From the NCBI GenBank assembly GCA_020348985.1, contig CP070761.1, forward strand, positions 2,924,464 to 2,988,463: a stretch of 64,000 bases of DNA. The letters run 5' to 3'. Shown in pieces: positions 52,964 through 62,986 of the stretch. The stretch's first letter is position 1. Each line of letters begins with the position of its first letter. The position numbers and the translations under genes were made by a program. The stretch is from Candidatus Thorarchaeota archaeon (GTDB lineage: Archaea; Asgardarchaeota; Thorarchaeia; Thorarchaeales; Thorarchaeaceae). Under the pieces are notes generated by a model. It had not been told where the DNA came from. It ran no database searches and worked only from the letters and a program-made list of their open reading frames with translations.

Positions 52964-54874
52964 TCACATTCTGTCTACTACTGGTATGCCCAGAAGCTTT
53001 AGACAATTAGTCATTGCTATGATGAACGCATTGACGAGACCCCGGCGTGCTATCTTCAAAGAATCTTCGGCCTTGAGCACCGGCAAAGCATCATAGAACT
53101 TGCTGAAGAGACTTGCCAAGTTGTAGCAATATGTAGTAATCCTGTTTGAGGAAAAGCTGGTGCCCCATGCCTCTTTCTTTAGTCCTCTGGCAACCACCAG
53201 AACCTCCTCCGGATATCTAGAAAGAGCTTTCAGGAGTTCGTATTCAAGATTATCCTTCAGAAGACTATAGTCCGGGGTTGACTCGTCTAGGCTATCTGCT
53301 TTCTCGATTATTCGCTTGGCCCTGGCGAGTGAGTACTGGAGATACGGGCCTGCATCGCCATTGAAGTCCAGAGCATCCATCCATCTGAAGGTGATCTTTC
53401 TATCAGGTGATGCTTTCAGCAGAAGATACCTCACCGCGCCCGATCCAATCTTGGCTGCTACTTCGTCCTTGAACTCCTCACCTTCTTTGGGATTGCGCTT
53501 GTCAACCTCCTCTCTTGCAATCTCTGCAGCCTTATCCAAGACAAGATCACAAGAGTAGCCAATCCAAGTCCCCTTCCTGCCGGAGAAATCCGTCTCTTCT
53601 AGTCCCACCCACTCGTATGCAATATGGTGAGAATTCTTGCTCTGCTCTTCATATCCAAGAAGGTCGAGAATTGTGTAGATAAGCTTCTGAGGGTGGGCTT
53701 GCTCTGACCCAATGACATTGAAAACAACGTCAAAACGGCCAAAGTTCTTCTGATCGCCAACAAGTGTTGTTCTTAGGACATCCTCCCCATTTGGTTGGTT
53801 TTCAAATACTGCATACTTGAACGGATCGCTAACGATGCCGAACTTCCACATCTGGAATGCAACATCCGCTCCTGTATAGGTCCGCGTGCCATCAGAGCGG
53901 AACAAGACCTTGTATGGATCCTTCATATCTTTGAACTCTTCAAGGTCGTCAAGTTTCGCAACGACACAGCCCGCTTTGTCGCCATCATTTGGTATGAAGA
54001 CGCTCTCGCAGCTTAGCATCATCTCTCTTGCAGTGTCAAGAAGTCCGCTATGAGCAATTGCACTTTCCCAAATCTGAAGGTCATGATAGATTCCAAGTCG
54101 ATACGAGGTTTCGTTCTGTGCCTTGAGACATCTTGTTATCATTTCTTCGCTCACTTGAGCATCGGTTGACTCAGGATCTTCTAGCTGCCTAGATGTTTCA
54201 CGGATTCCCTGTTCAACCACGGGGTTTGTCTCAAAGTCCTTTTGAACGTCAACATACAATGTTCCCAAGAAGTGGTCGTATTTCTGGTCGGTCTCTGTGC
54301 TTCCTTCCTTCTGAAGCTTCCATGCCAGCTGCGCTATTTGAAGTCCAAGGTTGTTGATGTAGTCCGTTCTTAGAACATCGTAACCCACAGCTTCAAGTAT
54401 GTTCCCCAGTGTGTCCCCTATCACTGCGTTCCTAGCGTGCCCTATGTGCCAAGGTTTTGACGGGTTAACAGCAGGTGATTCAATCAACGCTCGCAGTCCT
54501 TTGAACTCTTCAGTTCTCCCAAATTCCTCACCACGATTCTTGATGGCAATAAGAGTTCTCTTGGCCAGCTCGCCTCTGTCAAAGAACAGGTTGATGTATG
54601 GGCCCTTGACTTCTACTCTATCAATAAGTGGTTCGTCCCTTGCCAACTCATCCAGTCTGGTTTTGATTCCCGCAGCAATCTCCGCAGGATTCTTCTTGAC
54701 TTCTTTTGTCAGATGAAATGAGATGGTCGTAGCAATATCTCCCAACGACGAGTCTGGGGGAATCTCTGTGAAATCACCAACAGTCTCAGGTTCTACCGAA
54801 GCAGCTTTTGCGATGAGACGGATGACTGTCTTCTCGAATGTTTGCCATGGATTTGCATCATCACTCTTGCTCAT
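52964..54874 (-). CDS. argS: Arginine--tRNA ligase
   Basis: NP.KPWHIGHARN, RSDGT..Y...D.A, FSGRKG, GPYLQY..ARA, C-terminal LLGI....RM; start MSKS (54874). Confidence 0.96.
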   Translation of the reverse strand: MSKSDDANPWQTFEKTVIRLIAKAASVEPETVGDFTEIPPDSSLGDIATTISFHLTKEVKKNPAEIAAGIKTRLDELARDEPLIDRVEVKGPYINLFFDRGELAKRTLIAIKNRGEEFGRTEEFKGLRALIESPAVNPSKPWHIGHARNAVIGDTLGNILEAVGYDVLRTDYINNLGLQIAQLAWKLQKEGSTETDQKYDHFLGTLYVDVQKDFETNPVVEQGIRETSRQLEDPESTDAQVSEEMITRCLKAQNETSYRLGIYHDLQIWESAIAHSGLLDTAREMMLSCESVFIPNDGDKAGCVVAKLDDLEEFKDMKDPYKVLFRSDGTRTYTGADVAFQMWKFGIVSDPFKYAVFENQPNGEDVLRTTLVGDQKNFGRFDVVFNVIGSEQAHPQKLIYTILDLLGYEEQSKNSHHIAYEWVGLEETDFSGRKGTWIGYSCDLVLDKAAEIAREEVDKRNPKEGEEFKDEVAAKIGSGAVRYLLLKASPDRKITFRWMDALDFNGDAGPYLQYSLARAKRIIEKADSLDESTPDYSLLKDNLEYELLKALSRYPEEVLVVARGLKKEAWGTSFSSNRITTYCYNLASLFSKFYDALPVLKAEDSLKIARRGLVNAFIIAMTNCLKLLGIPVVDRM

Positions 54875-55246
54875 CGCCTGATTCACGTCACATGCTTCTG
54901 CAGGTGGGGGATATTCATAAACTAGTCGTTGCGGCTCGGTCTGGTCCCACAACTAGTATTCTAATCCCCTTTTTGAGCACAATTCTGCCAATTAGACGAG
55001 CCGTTTGTTTGATGAAATTGGCAACGTCCTATTCCATAATTTAGTGAAATGAACAATGAATCTTCCTTAAGTATGTGCAAACCCTTATAGGCTTTTGATA
55101 TCTGCGGTCAGATGTTCTCCCACCAGAGAACAGTTCCCCCAACACCGCGCCCAGAATGCTGTTTACCGCGCCAGGTGAACACAACTCATAGGTACCCTTC
55201 AAGGCTCTTACCGCTACTCTATCCCCCCGATAGAGAATGCAGGGAG

Positions 55247-56209
55247 ATGATTGGACTGGCCAGCAAACAAAAGACTCGGAAACAACGAGAGCGCAACCTT
55301 GGAGCGGCCGGTGATGTTTGTTCTGCGTGTAGTTCTACTGACATGTTTATTGATCACTCGCGTGGTGAAGTGATCTGTTCCAACTGTGGACTCGTCCTCT
55401 CAGATCGGTCAATTGACATGGGTCCAGAATGGCGTGCGTTCACTGCCGATGAGCAGAATGCCCGTCAGAGGGTAGGGGGGCCCCAGGACTGGAGTAAGTT
55501 CGACCAAGGACTTACAACGATAATCGGAAGACAGAATGTTGATGCATCTGGCAGGAAGTTGACTTCTACCCGTCGAGCGCAGATACATCGACTACGCAAA
55601 TGGCAAATCCGTACCAAGGTGCACAGTTCTGACAAACGCAACCTCGCAGTTGCAATGACAGAACTACATAGAATCTCCTCTCAGTTGAGTATACCATACT
55701 CGATTCGAGAGACCTCCGCAGTTATCTACAGGAAGGCCCTTCGCAAGAGATTGACTCGAGGAAGAACAATACTCGGGATGATTGCAGCCTCTCTATATCT
55801 GGCGTGCCGGGTTCATCAAGTGCCAAGGCCGCTAGAAGAGGTATGCGATCAAATTCATATCACACGCAAGGAGCTTAGCCTGTGCGTCCGACTAATTCTA
55901 CGCTATCTCAACCTCAAGATTCCACACAGCAATCCTGTGGAGTTCATACACCGCTTCGGTTCTGAGCTCGAATTGCCTGGAGAGGCAAAGAAGGCTGCTA
56001 TCGATATACTCGAGATGGCAAGGAAGGAACGACTCACAATAGGTAAGGACCCAAAGGGCATGGCGGCGGCGGCGATATACGTTGCAAGTATCCTTACGGG
56101 TGCCAGGAGAACGCAGCTTGAAATCGCACGTACGGCCCGGGTCACTGAAGTAACAGTGCGGAACCGCTACAAGGAAATGGTAGAGAAACTCGGCATCTCT
56201 ACGACATGA
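55247..56209 (+). CDS. tfb: Transcription initiation factor IIB
   Basis: CxxC...GEVICxxCGLV, IDMGPEWRAF, RLRKWQ.R, GKDP.G.AAAAIY, VTEVTVRNRYKE. Confidence 0.97.
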   Translation: MIGLASKQKTRKQRERNLGAAGDVCSACSSTDMFIDHSRGEVICSNCGLVLSDRSIDMGPEWRAFTADEQNARQRVGGPQDWSKFDQGLTTIIGRQNVDASGRKLTSTRRAQIHRLRKWQIRTKVHSSDKRNLAVAMTELHRISSQLSIPYSIRETSAVIYRKALRKRLTRGRTILGMIAASLYLACRVHQVPRPLEEVCDQIHITRKELSLCVRLILRYLNLKIPHSNPVEFIHRFGSELELPGEAKKAAIDILEMARKERLTIGKDPKGMAAAAIYVASILTGARRTQLEIARTARVTEVTVRNRYKEMVEKLGISTT

Positions 56210-56220
56210 CCTTGGAGACT

Positions 56221-56244
56221 GGAGAGCTCCGCCGGGAGCTCTCC
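56221..56244 (+). terminator. Perfect 10-bp hairpin after tfb
   Basis: GGAGAGCTCC-GCCG-GGAGCTCTCC. Confidence 0.55.
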
Positions 56245-56398
56245 CATCAACCTTTCTGAGATTCCACTGACCTATCAAGTTCATTTCAGACCCACAGTGG
56301 TTTCCTCAAGCAAGGGCCTGCGCTGACAGCAGGTCTATTATCTAGAACAAGAACGGTTTTGACAACTCGAATTCGGTCTCGTGTGAATTCGCTACGAA

Positions 56399-57634
56399 TT
56401 GTGGCTATTGGAGATAGAATTGATGACGTTGAGAAGATATGGTCAGTTAGTGGTAATTATGATTCTTCTGACCCTTCCATCCATACTAATCTTTGCTGGT
56501 GACAACCCTCGAGTGTTCACAGAACCTAGACGCGCAGTTTCAGGATTTGGGTCGAGTCATACTTTTACACCACATGATGCGATACAGATTACTTCAGATG
56601 AGGAGTTTGCAACAACCGCAAGTAGTGAAGGATGGCCGGGCGACGGCACTGCCGAGAGGCCCTATGTGATTAGTGGTCTATTACTCTCGGATCCATCAAT
56701 ACAACCACTCAGAATCTGGAACACCCAAGTCCATTGGGTCTTCAACAACAACATTGTCGAGAGCGGTGCAGTATGCGGTATCTGGGTTGATAACACTATC
56801 AACGGGGTTATCCGAAATAACACAGTCCGGAACAGGCATAGCGGAGTCATTCTTCAGAATGCGCAGAATCTGACAGTCACGGAAAACGTAATCCACGGAA
56901 ACACCGCTAACGGAATAGAAGTGCTTGGTTCTCTTATCAATTCCACAATAATTGGAAACAATATCTACGACAACGCTGACGTTGGCATGTACATCCCGGC
57001 TGCAATAGACTCGACCATCGTTAATAATACCGTTGCAGAAAATGGAGGGAACGGAATCACAATCACGATCTGCACCCGCAACATTGTCTCCAACAACATA
57101 GTTGAGAGCAATGGTGGTTTTGGAATGTTTGTGGGAGCAAGCAACTCCCTCATCGAAGGAAATTCGATCATTGAATCGGGGGATGATGGAATGACATTGA
57201 TTTCTGGAAGCATGTCAGAGATTCTAGATAATACATTGGAGTCGAATGAAGGATATGGAGTTTCCTTGAGCGGATCAGTTAGAAACGTCACAGTGACTCT
57301 GAATGAATTCATTGGGAATGTAGGCGATTCCCAAGTCTGTGACCATGGTATTGGCAATGAGTTCTGTTACAACTACTATGACTCATGGACAAGTCCTGAC
57401 GTTGATTCCAATGAGATAGTAGATGAACCGTATCTTGTAGATGGAAGTGCGGAGAACTCGGACCCATATCCTCTGGCATCCCCCAACGCAGAGATTCCAG
57501 ACATGACGACAACGACTACCACTTCAACCACACCAACTCCGCCCGATGGAACTGTTGACCTTCTTCCTCTGATTGGCGGAATAGCACTGGTCGCATTGGT
57601 CGGCATTGTTGTAGTTGCAAAGAGAAGAGCGTAG
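56399..57634 (+). CDS. Right-handed parallel beta-helix (NosD-like) surface protein with C-terminal anchor
   Basis: H..I.I..D..F......GW.G.GT...PYVI, repeated N...GI......N..I..N, D.YPL, Thr-rich linker, TM. Confidence 0.85.
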   Translation: MWLLEIELMTLRRYGQLVVIMILLTLPSILIFAGDNPRVFTEPRRAVSGFGSSHTFTPHDAIQITSDEEFATTASSEGWPGDGTAERPYVISGLLLSDPSIQPLRIWNTQVHWVFNNNIVESGAVCGIWVDNTINGVIRNNTVRNRHSGVILQNAQNLTVTENVIHGNTANGIEVLGSLINSTIIGNNIYDNADVGMYIPAAIDSTIVNNTVAENGGNGITITICTRNIVSNNIVESNGGFGMFVGASNSLIEGNSIIESGDDGMTLISGSMSEILDNTLESNEGYGVSLSGSVRNVTVTLNEFIGNVGDSQVCDHGIGNEFCYNYYDSWTSPDVDSNEIVDEPYLVDGSAENSDPYPLASPNAEIPDMTTTTTTSTTPTPPDGTVDLLPLIGGIALVALVGIVVVAKRRA

Positions 57635-57701
57635 AATGACATCCGGCTGATGAAGTCACGTCCAGTCAGTTAGGCTTCGTCACCCATAGCTGTGAGTGTA
57701 C

Positions 57702-58730
57702 TTATTGCCGCCTTCGCAGATAGGCCAACAGTACGATGATGACCGCAACCCCTATGCCGCCTGCTAAGAAGATGGCCTCGGTTGGAAACTCCAAATCTCC
57801 AGTTGTTGTTGTAGTCTCACCCCAAGTTGTCACATTCTGCACCGTTGACGAATCAGCAATAAGCCAGTGACATATTCTGAGCAGGAATGGCCATTCAGAG
57901 TCTGGGTCATCATATCTGTCCATGTAGTCAGTGCCATCCCTGTCACTGTTCTCCTCATATTCGAAGTGAGGACTAGACAAGAAGAGGTTCCCGTCCCCAT
58001 ACCTTGCAGCAACCATGGCCGGTTGGTTGTTGAAGGTGTAGTTAGCTATGCAGATTAGTTCTTGACCCTCGTCAGGTACGAAGTACCTTCCTGTTCTAAA
58101 CAGTACAGACATTGCTTCTGGCATGTCTGACAAATCGGGGCCGGTACACTCGCGATTCACTTCAATATCTGTCACTAGTGTATGTCCTATCTCGGGCATC
58201 CCAATCGTTGTTCCATTTACTAGACCCAGATCATATTGCTCCTCTCTACCTTCAAAGAACGAGTCCGTGACAGCAATTGTGGAGCTGCCTCTGACCCCTA
58301 TGAATGAACCTCCAAGTGAAAGCCACTCTCGAATCATCTCTTCAGCTTCTTCCCCAAGATTATTCTCGATGAAGGGGCCAAGTCCTTCGGGGATCACCAA
58401 TAGCTCAAATGCAAAGAGGGCCCCGTCAAGAATGTGTGTTCTGTTGATGACGGTCACCGTGGCATTCATCCAATTGAACATGCTAATGAGAGCTGTTCTG
58501 CTTTCTCTCACCCTTGCGTCGGTAGAGCTATAATAGCTCTCGTAGATGGCCACACTGAGATTTGAGAGGTCATTCTGAGATTGACTCAGTAGAATGCATC
58601 GTCCCGGTTCGCCTTGTGTCATAGTTATCCCATGGTTAGGCAGGCAGACTCCCAAGGCAAGAATGAGAATCAGTGTCGATGTTATCATGCCCCTCAAGAA
58701 TACACGGTTTAACATAGCTATCACGGCCAT
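57702..58730 (-). CDS. Membrane-anchored BPL-N/class I GATase-like domain protein
   Basis: LLVIP.G, IRE.L..GG.FIG, P.MV...YG.G.LFL.SPH.E; signal peptide, Thr linker, C-terminal TM. Confidence 0.75.
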   Translation of the reverse strand: MAVIAMLNRVFLRGMITSTLILILALGVCLPNHGITMTQGEPGRCILLSQSQNDLSNLSVAIYESYYSSTDARVRESRTALISMFNWMNATVTVINRTHILDGALFAFELLVIPEGLGPFIENNLGEEAEEMIREWLSLGGSFIGVRGSSTIAVTDSFFEGREEQYDLGLVNGTTIGMPEIGHTLVTDIEVNRECTGPDLSDMPEAMSVLFRTGRYFVPDEGQELICIANYTFNNQPAMVAARYGDGNLFLSSPHFEYEENSDRDGTDYMDRYDDPDSEWPFLLRICHWLIADSSTVQNVTTWGETTTTTGDLEFPTEAIFLAGGIGVAVIIVLLAYLRRRQ

Positions 58731-58898
58731 TTGTCTATGATATAGTGATACGTGGATTGGTTAAACAATAGCGATGATGATTGACGCAATTTCTTTGCGT
58801 AGAATCATCTGCATTGATTGTGACCCTGAATCGCAAGTCTGTCTACTCAAACCTTAAGTCAAACATGACTCACCATCACTCTGGAGGTCTGGATATCC

Positions 58899-59732
58899 TT
58901 GGCAGGTCGACGAATAATTCAAGGAGCCTGGCTTATAGAGCGCAAGACAGGCAAAAGCATGGTTTCCAGAACCTTCACCGATGTCGAGATTGATATGGAC
59001 TTATTCGCACCGTTTCTTTCTGCGACGAAAATACTCGTTGACACCGCAGCACAAGAAGATCTACAGATGATAGACACAGAGAATCTGCGGTATGTATGGG
59101 ATGGCAATGATTGGGTTCTCCTCGTACTTGCAGTGTCAAAGGGAGCGAGACTTGGTCATATGCGTTTCTTGTTGAACTATTCACTTACCGAATTCATGCG
59201 ATTAGAGGTACCGAAGAACAGTGACATTGAATCTGTTCTCAAGAAATGGACTGGTGTACCAAAAGCATTCTCGAGATTCGAGAGGCTATTAGATGAACTC
59301 CTAGACCAATTTGAGGTTGCAGATGAATCGCTTGTTGCAGGAAAGTCAATGGACTGTCTAGCAGTTTACAGCCATCTCTTCCGAGCCATCTTTCGTGTGA
59401 AGCTTACAAAGAAGAAGCGAGAGGCCCTCACTGATAGAATCCGGAAGGATGCAAAGTCACTCTTTGAGAAAGAACCTGCGCTGAGGCTTACGCAAATCGA
59501 TGAATCAGGTGTCGACGTCTTGAGTATCAATCCACACGAGTGTACTTACAAGAGTCTCAGAGACTCATTGGAGAAGCTCCTTCGCATTGTGGCTCAGGCT
59601 ACAAAGGACGTGGCCACGCCCACCGCTTTCAGAACCATGATATTCGAACACGCGATGCCTTATGTCAAACGCGACTTGGCACGTCTCCAGACCTATGCTA
59701 TCCTTGACGACGTTGTCCGTTACCTGTTCTAG
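58899..59732 (+). CDS. Longin-like domain protein with helical C-terminal domain
   Basis: I...WLI...TG.......F......DLF..FLSA pattern resembling Asgard longin-like domains. Confidence 0.6.
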   Translation: MAGRRIIQGAWLIERKTGKSMVSRTFTDVEIDMDLFAPFLSATKILVDTAAQEDLQMIDTENLRYVWDGNDWVLLVLAVSKGARLGHMRFLLNYSLTEFMRLEVPKNSDIESVLKKWTGVPKAFSRFERLLDELLDQFEVADESLVAGKSMDCLAVYSHLFRAIFRVKLTKKKREALTDRIRKDAKSLFEKEPALRLTQIDESGVDVLSINPHECTYKSLRDSLEKLLRIVAQATKDVATPTAFRTMIFEHAMPYVKRDLARLQTYAILDDVVRYLF

Positions 59733-61072
59733 AGTCGTTCCAGCATCAGGAGTAACCTTTGCACAATCTGCCCTCTCTTTCTCTCGGGCAGTGTCCTTCT
59801 TCCCGGTCTTATTGCCATTCTACGGTGAGTTGTCGCACTTCCCGAGACCTGCTCTTCAGGTAGCATCTCTCTCACTTCAAGTCCAGTTTGGTCAATCATC
59901 GCACTCAGATCAACAGTTACTTGCCCTTCTGAGGAATTGATCACCGGAACTGTCATTCCAATCCTACCGCCATGGTTGAGGAGTTGAGCAACACTCTGTA
60001 GGACACTATTGTATAGATCTGTCAACGATTTGATGTTGCATTCTGCTTCACTGCGATCGGGTGTATCAGAGTAAATAGGACCCAAATCTGGCTCAAATGC
60101 GACAGCATCAACAGCGGCATTTACCAGATCAGACGCATGTCTCGAGTCTCCTCTGATGATTGTGTAGTCTATCACCTGATCTAGTTCGATTGATAGCCAT
60201 TTCAGATTGGACCTTGCTCCTCGAACTGCCTCTGCATTATTGTCAATGCCAATACACTTCATGTCAAGCATTGCTGCTTCCATGAGAATCGTTCCTGTTC
60301 CACAGAATGGATCGAGGACTACATCACCAGTTCTTGCTCCAGCCAGATTAAGCAAAGTTCTACAAAGCTTTGGACTTGTGCTTATTTCTGCAGAAACGTA
60401 CGGACGAGATTCGTCTCTGTACTGTTGAAGCTGTGAGTCATACACTACAACAGTTCTTCCTATGTAGAGTGTGTCTTCGGTGAAGATCGCAAGGATTTCC
60501 GCGTTTGGAGGGCTTAGCAGTTTGTGCCGAGCTATCGTCGCAGGCCAGAGCGCAGTATTCGGTCGTTTCTCGTCCCTTTTGTCCGGCTCATCATACGCGT
60601 AGTAGACTGCTTTCTTGGCCTCAAGCTCAGTCAGTTTCTGCTTTATCCACTCGTCCATTCCCAGTGTGAATCTCTTCAGGTCCAGTCTTGGAGCATCATC
60701 AACCATCGGATAAGTACTGACGCCGAATTTGATTTTCTTGTTCTTCGGTTTGCCCCAAACCTCACTCACCCACGGGCAGCTTTGGAGTATCCTTCTCGCA
60801 TCCTTTCCTATCTTACCTCTAACTGGAAACGCCTTCTCTGCAATCTCTTTGTCATATCTCGTTATTACACGTCCAGTCTTGAAGCAGCCGCCAAGAGCCG
60901 ATTGGATATCAACTAGCTGGCCGTTGTCGAGAACTTGATCAACCTTGACGACGACTGCATTCCGAGAATGGTCGGCAATTCGGACTTCAAGACCCAAGTC
61001 CTCTAGATGTACAAGCAATTCGGCAATGCTGAGAAGCCAGTTCTTGCCTAGAATGAAGACGTACTCTGTCAT
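59729..61072 (-). CDS. SAM-dependent RNA methyltransferase (Trm11/TrmG10-like)
   Basis: RD..RP, SPKL.R.LLNL, VLDPFCGTGTIL.EA, EP.LG. Confidence 0.7.
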   Translation of the reverse strand: MTEYVFILGKNWLLSIAELLVHLEDLGLEVRIADHSRNAVVVKVDQVLDNGQLVDIQSALGGCFKTGRVITRYDKEIAEKAFPVRGKIGKDARRILQSCPWVSEVWGKPKNKKIKFGVSTYPMVDDAPRLDLKRFTLGMDEWIKQKLTELEAKKAVYYAYDEPDKRDEKRPNTALWPATIARHKLLSPPNAEILAIFTEDTLYIGRTVVVYDSQLQQYRDESRPYVSAEISTSPKLCRTLLNLAGARTGDVVLDPFCGTGTILMEAAMLDMKCIGIDNNAEAVRGARSNLKWLSIELDQVIDYTIIRGDSRHASDLVNAAVDAVAFEPDLGPIYSDTPDRSEAECNIKSLTDLYNSVLQSVAQLLNHGGRIGMTVPVINSSEGQVTVDLSAMIDQTGLEVREMLPEEQVSGSATTHRRMAIRPGRRTLPERKRGQIVQRLLLMLERL

Positions 61073-61914
61073 TTGTTGCTGGCCTCCAGCTCCTCAAGCA
61101 AGAACTTCGAGTAGAGCGCACCCCTTATCGGGTTTGGGGTCTCTGATATGACTGTTGGACCATATCCTGCCTCGCTTACTATCTCGATGAGTGGCAGAAT
61201 ATCGGGCCCCCACTTTCCGCCTAATGGTTTGTGTGAGCTCTCACCTGACTCTGTGAATGTCACGCCACTGACGTGGAAGTGCATATTATCTACAAATCGA
61301 GCTCCCAGATCGTTCTCGAATCCAGTTAGGACGCTCAGGTAGTTATTTCTATCCTTCAGTCCTCCATTGGACCTTGCGTGAAGATGAGCCCAGTCGATTG
61401 TGGGTATTGTACCCTCAACCTCATTACACAGCCGGGTGATTTCTTCAACTGATCCGAATGCGCGAACCTTGCCGGCGATTTCCGGCGCAAGAAGGATATC
61501 ATTTCCGCTTCTGTCTGCGGTTTCTCGGACTTCTCTCAGCGCATCCTTAATCACGCGGTAGGCCTCATCGCGATCGAGACCGCCCATGGTTCCTGGATGA
61601 AACACAACCCTCTTTGCAGCCATAAGAGGCGCGAATCTCAATGCCTTCGTAAGTCTCGCTTTGGACCGCTCACGAATCTCTGCGCTTTTTGATGCCAAGT
61701 TGATGTAGTAAGCCGCATGAAGACTCATTGACACATCAGACTCGTTGGCAAGTTTGCCCACCAGCCTTGCCCGTTCTTCTGTAGATCTGAGGCCGTAAAC
61801 TGCAGCAAACTCAAGTGCGTTGAGACCCGCCTCCCTGAGAATTTCGAAGACTCTTTCTGGCTTTCCACGAGATTCTTCTGGATATCCCGCAGGTCCAAAA
61901 CGCACCATTGTCAT
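61069..61914 (-). CDS. nfo: Endonuclease IV (AP endonuclease family 2, archaeal type)
   Basis: RFGPAG.P, SLHA.YYINL, VVFHPG, E..GK...FGS.EE, IDWAH.HAR, HFH.SG, ISE.P. Confidence 0.9.
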   Translation of the reverse strand: MTMVRFGPAGYPEESRGKPERVFEILREAGLNALEFAAVYGLRSTEERARLVGKLANESDVSMSLHAAYYINLASKSAEIRERSKARLTKALRFAPLMAAKRVVFHPGTMGGLDRDEAYRVIKDALREVRETADRSGNDILLAPEIAGKVRAFGSVEEITRLCNEVEGTIPTIDWAHLHARSNGGLKDRNNYLSVLTGFENDLGARFVDNMHFHVSGVTFTESGESSHKPLGGKWGPDILPLIEIVSEAGYGPTVISETPNPIRGALYSKFLLEELEASNK

Positions 61915-62031
61915 TGTCAAATACTCCAATCGCTGAGAGCAATGTCCGTGACTGTTTTGAGTCATTAGGTGCATGAGCTTGAGTCGGAAGCTATTAATGA
62001 ACACCGGCTGTGTGGCAAAGTGAGAGTGGGA

Positions 62032-62973
62032 ATGAACATGGCAGACGATGTTTCCTCACAGACTGCTGCCCCCCGCATTGATCCCTTGGCGTTTATCTCG
62101 ATTCTGCGGCCTCAAAATCTGTTCATCGGAAGTCTTACAGTGATATCCGGGGTTGCAGTTGCATTCTTGCACAATCCATTAGGAGCCTTTTCCTCATACA
62201 TTGCTCTCATTGCACTTGGATACCTGATCTACTCTCTTGTGGCCGGCGCCGGCAACACGGTAAATGACATTATGGACATCGAGATTGATCGTATCAATCG
62301 GCCACATCGTGCACTTCCCAGTGGACGTATGACCATTCGACAAGCATGGATCTACGTGGCTTTTCTTACAGTTTTGGCTATGGTTGCCTCGATTTTCATC
62401 GGTCTGCTCTCGTTCATGCTTGTAACTTTCTTCATTGTCGTAGGATATGCATACGCCGCTAAAGGCAAGATTCTGGGAATCGCAGGCAACTTCATGGTGG
62501 CATTCTCTTTCGCTTTTGGAGTGTTATTTGGTTCCTTCATATATGGCGAAGCTGTAGGCGCGATAGTCATTCCATTACCGTCTTGGCTCTTCTTCTTGAC
62601 AGCCTTCATGATTCTGCAAGCTCGAGAGACAATCAAAGGGGCGGAGGACGTTGAAGGAGATGAGCTCAGAGACGTCCGAACGATTGCCCGAGTCTATGGC
62701 TACAAGGTCGCTGCAGCTGTGGCCGCGGTTCTCAACTTCATAGGAATTGTCTGCTACAACCTGGTATGGTTCTGGGGGTTCGCCAGTCTGAACCTATGGC
62801 CTCTTCAGCTGTTAGGATCAGCTGTCGTCTTTGGTGCCGCAATGACTCCTCTGACAGGCCCAGATGACAAGAAGAAGCTGTTAATTGGAAGTACTCTTGA
62901 CAAGCTAGGTGCGCTTGTAGGTCTGATCGCGTTTGTGGTCATCCCGCTTTATGGAATATATCTGGTGTCATGA
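62032..62973 (+). CDS. UbiA-family prenyltransferase, likely digeranylgeranylglyceryl phosphate synthase
   Basis: RP.N, GN.VNDIMDIEIDRINRP.R.LPSG, GN..VA, ARE.IK..EDVEGD....V.T. Confidence 0.88.
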   Translation: MNMADDVSSQTAAPRIDPLAFISILRPQNLFIGSLTVISGVAVAFLHNPLGAFSSYIALIALGYLIYSLVAGAGNTVNDIMDIEIDRINRPHRALPSGRMTIRQAWIYVAFLTVLAMVASIFIGLLSFMLVTFFIVVGYAYAAKGKILGIAGNFMVAFSFAFGVLFGSFIYGEAVGAIVIPLPSWLFFLTAFMILQARETIKGAEDVEGDELRDVRTIARVYGYKVAAAVAAVLNFIGIVCYNLVWFWGFASLNLWPLQLLGSAVVFGAAMTPLTGPDDKKKLLIGSTLDKLGALVGLIAFVVIPLYGIYLVS

Positions 62974-62986
62974 TTCTGGTCAATTG

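Noticed and set aside
54953-55246. C-rich leader and ACCGCGCC repeat upstream of tfb; N-terminal ORF extension from 55112
   Set aside because: An 8-bp repeat is weak evidence and no RNA structure could be supported; the extension is not TFB-like
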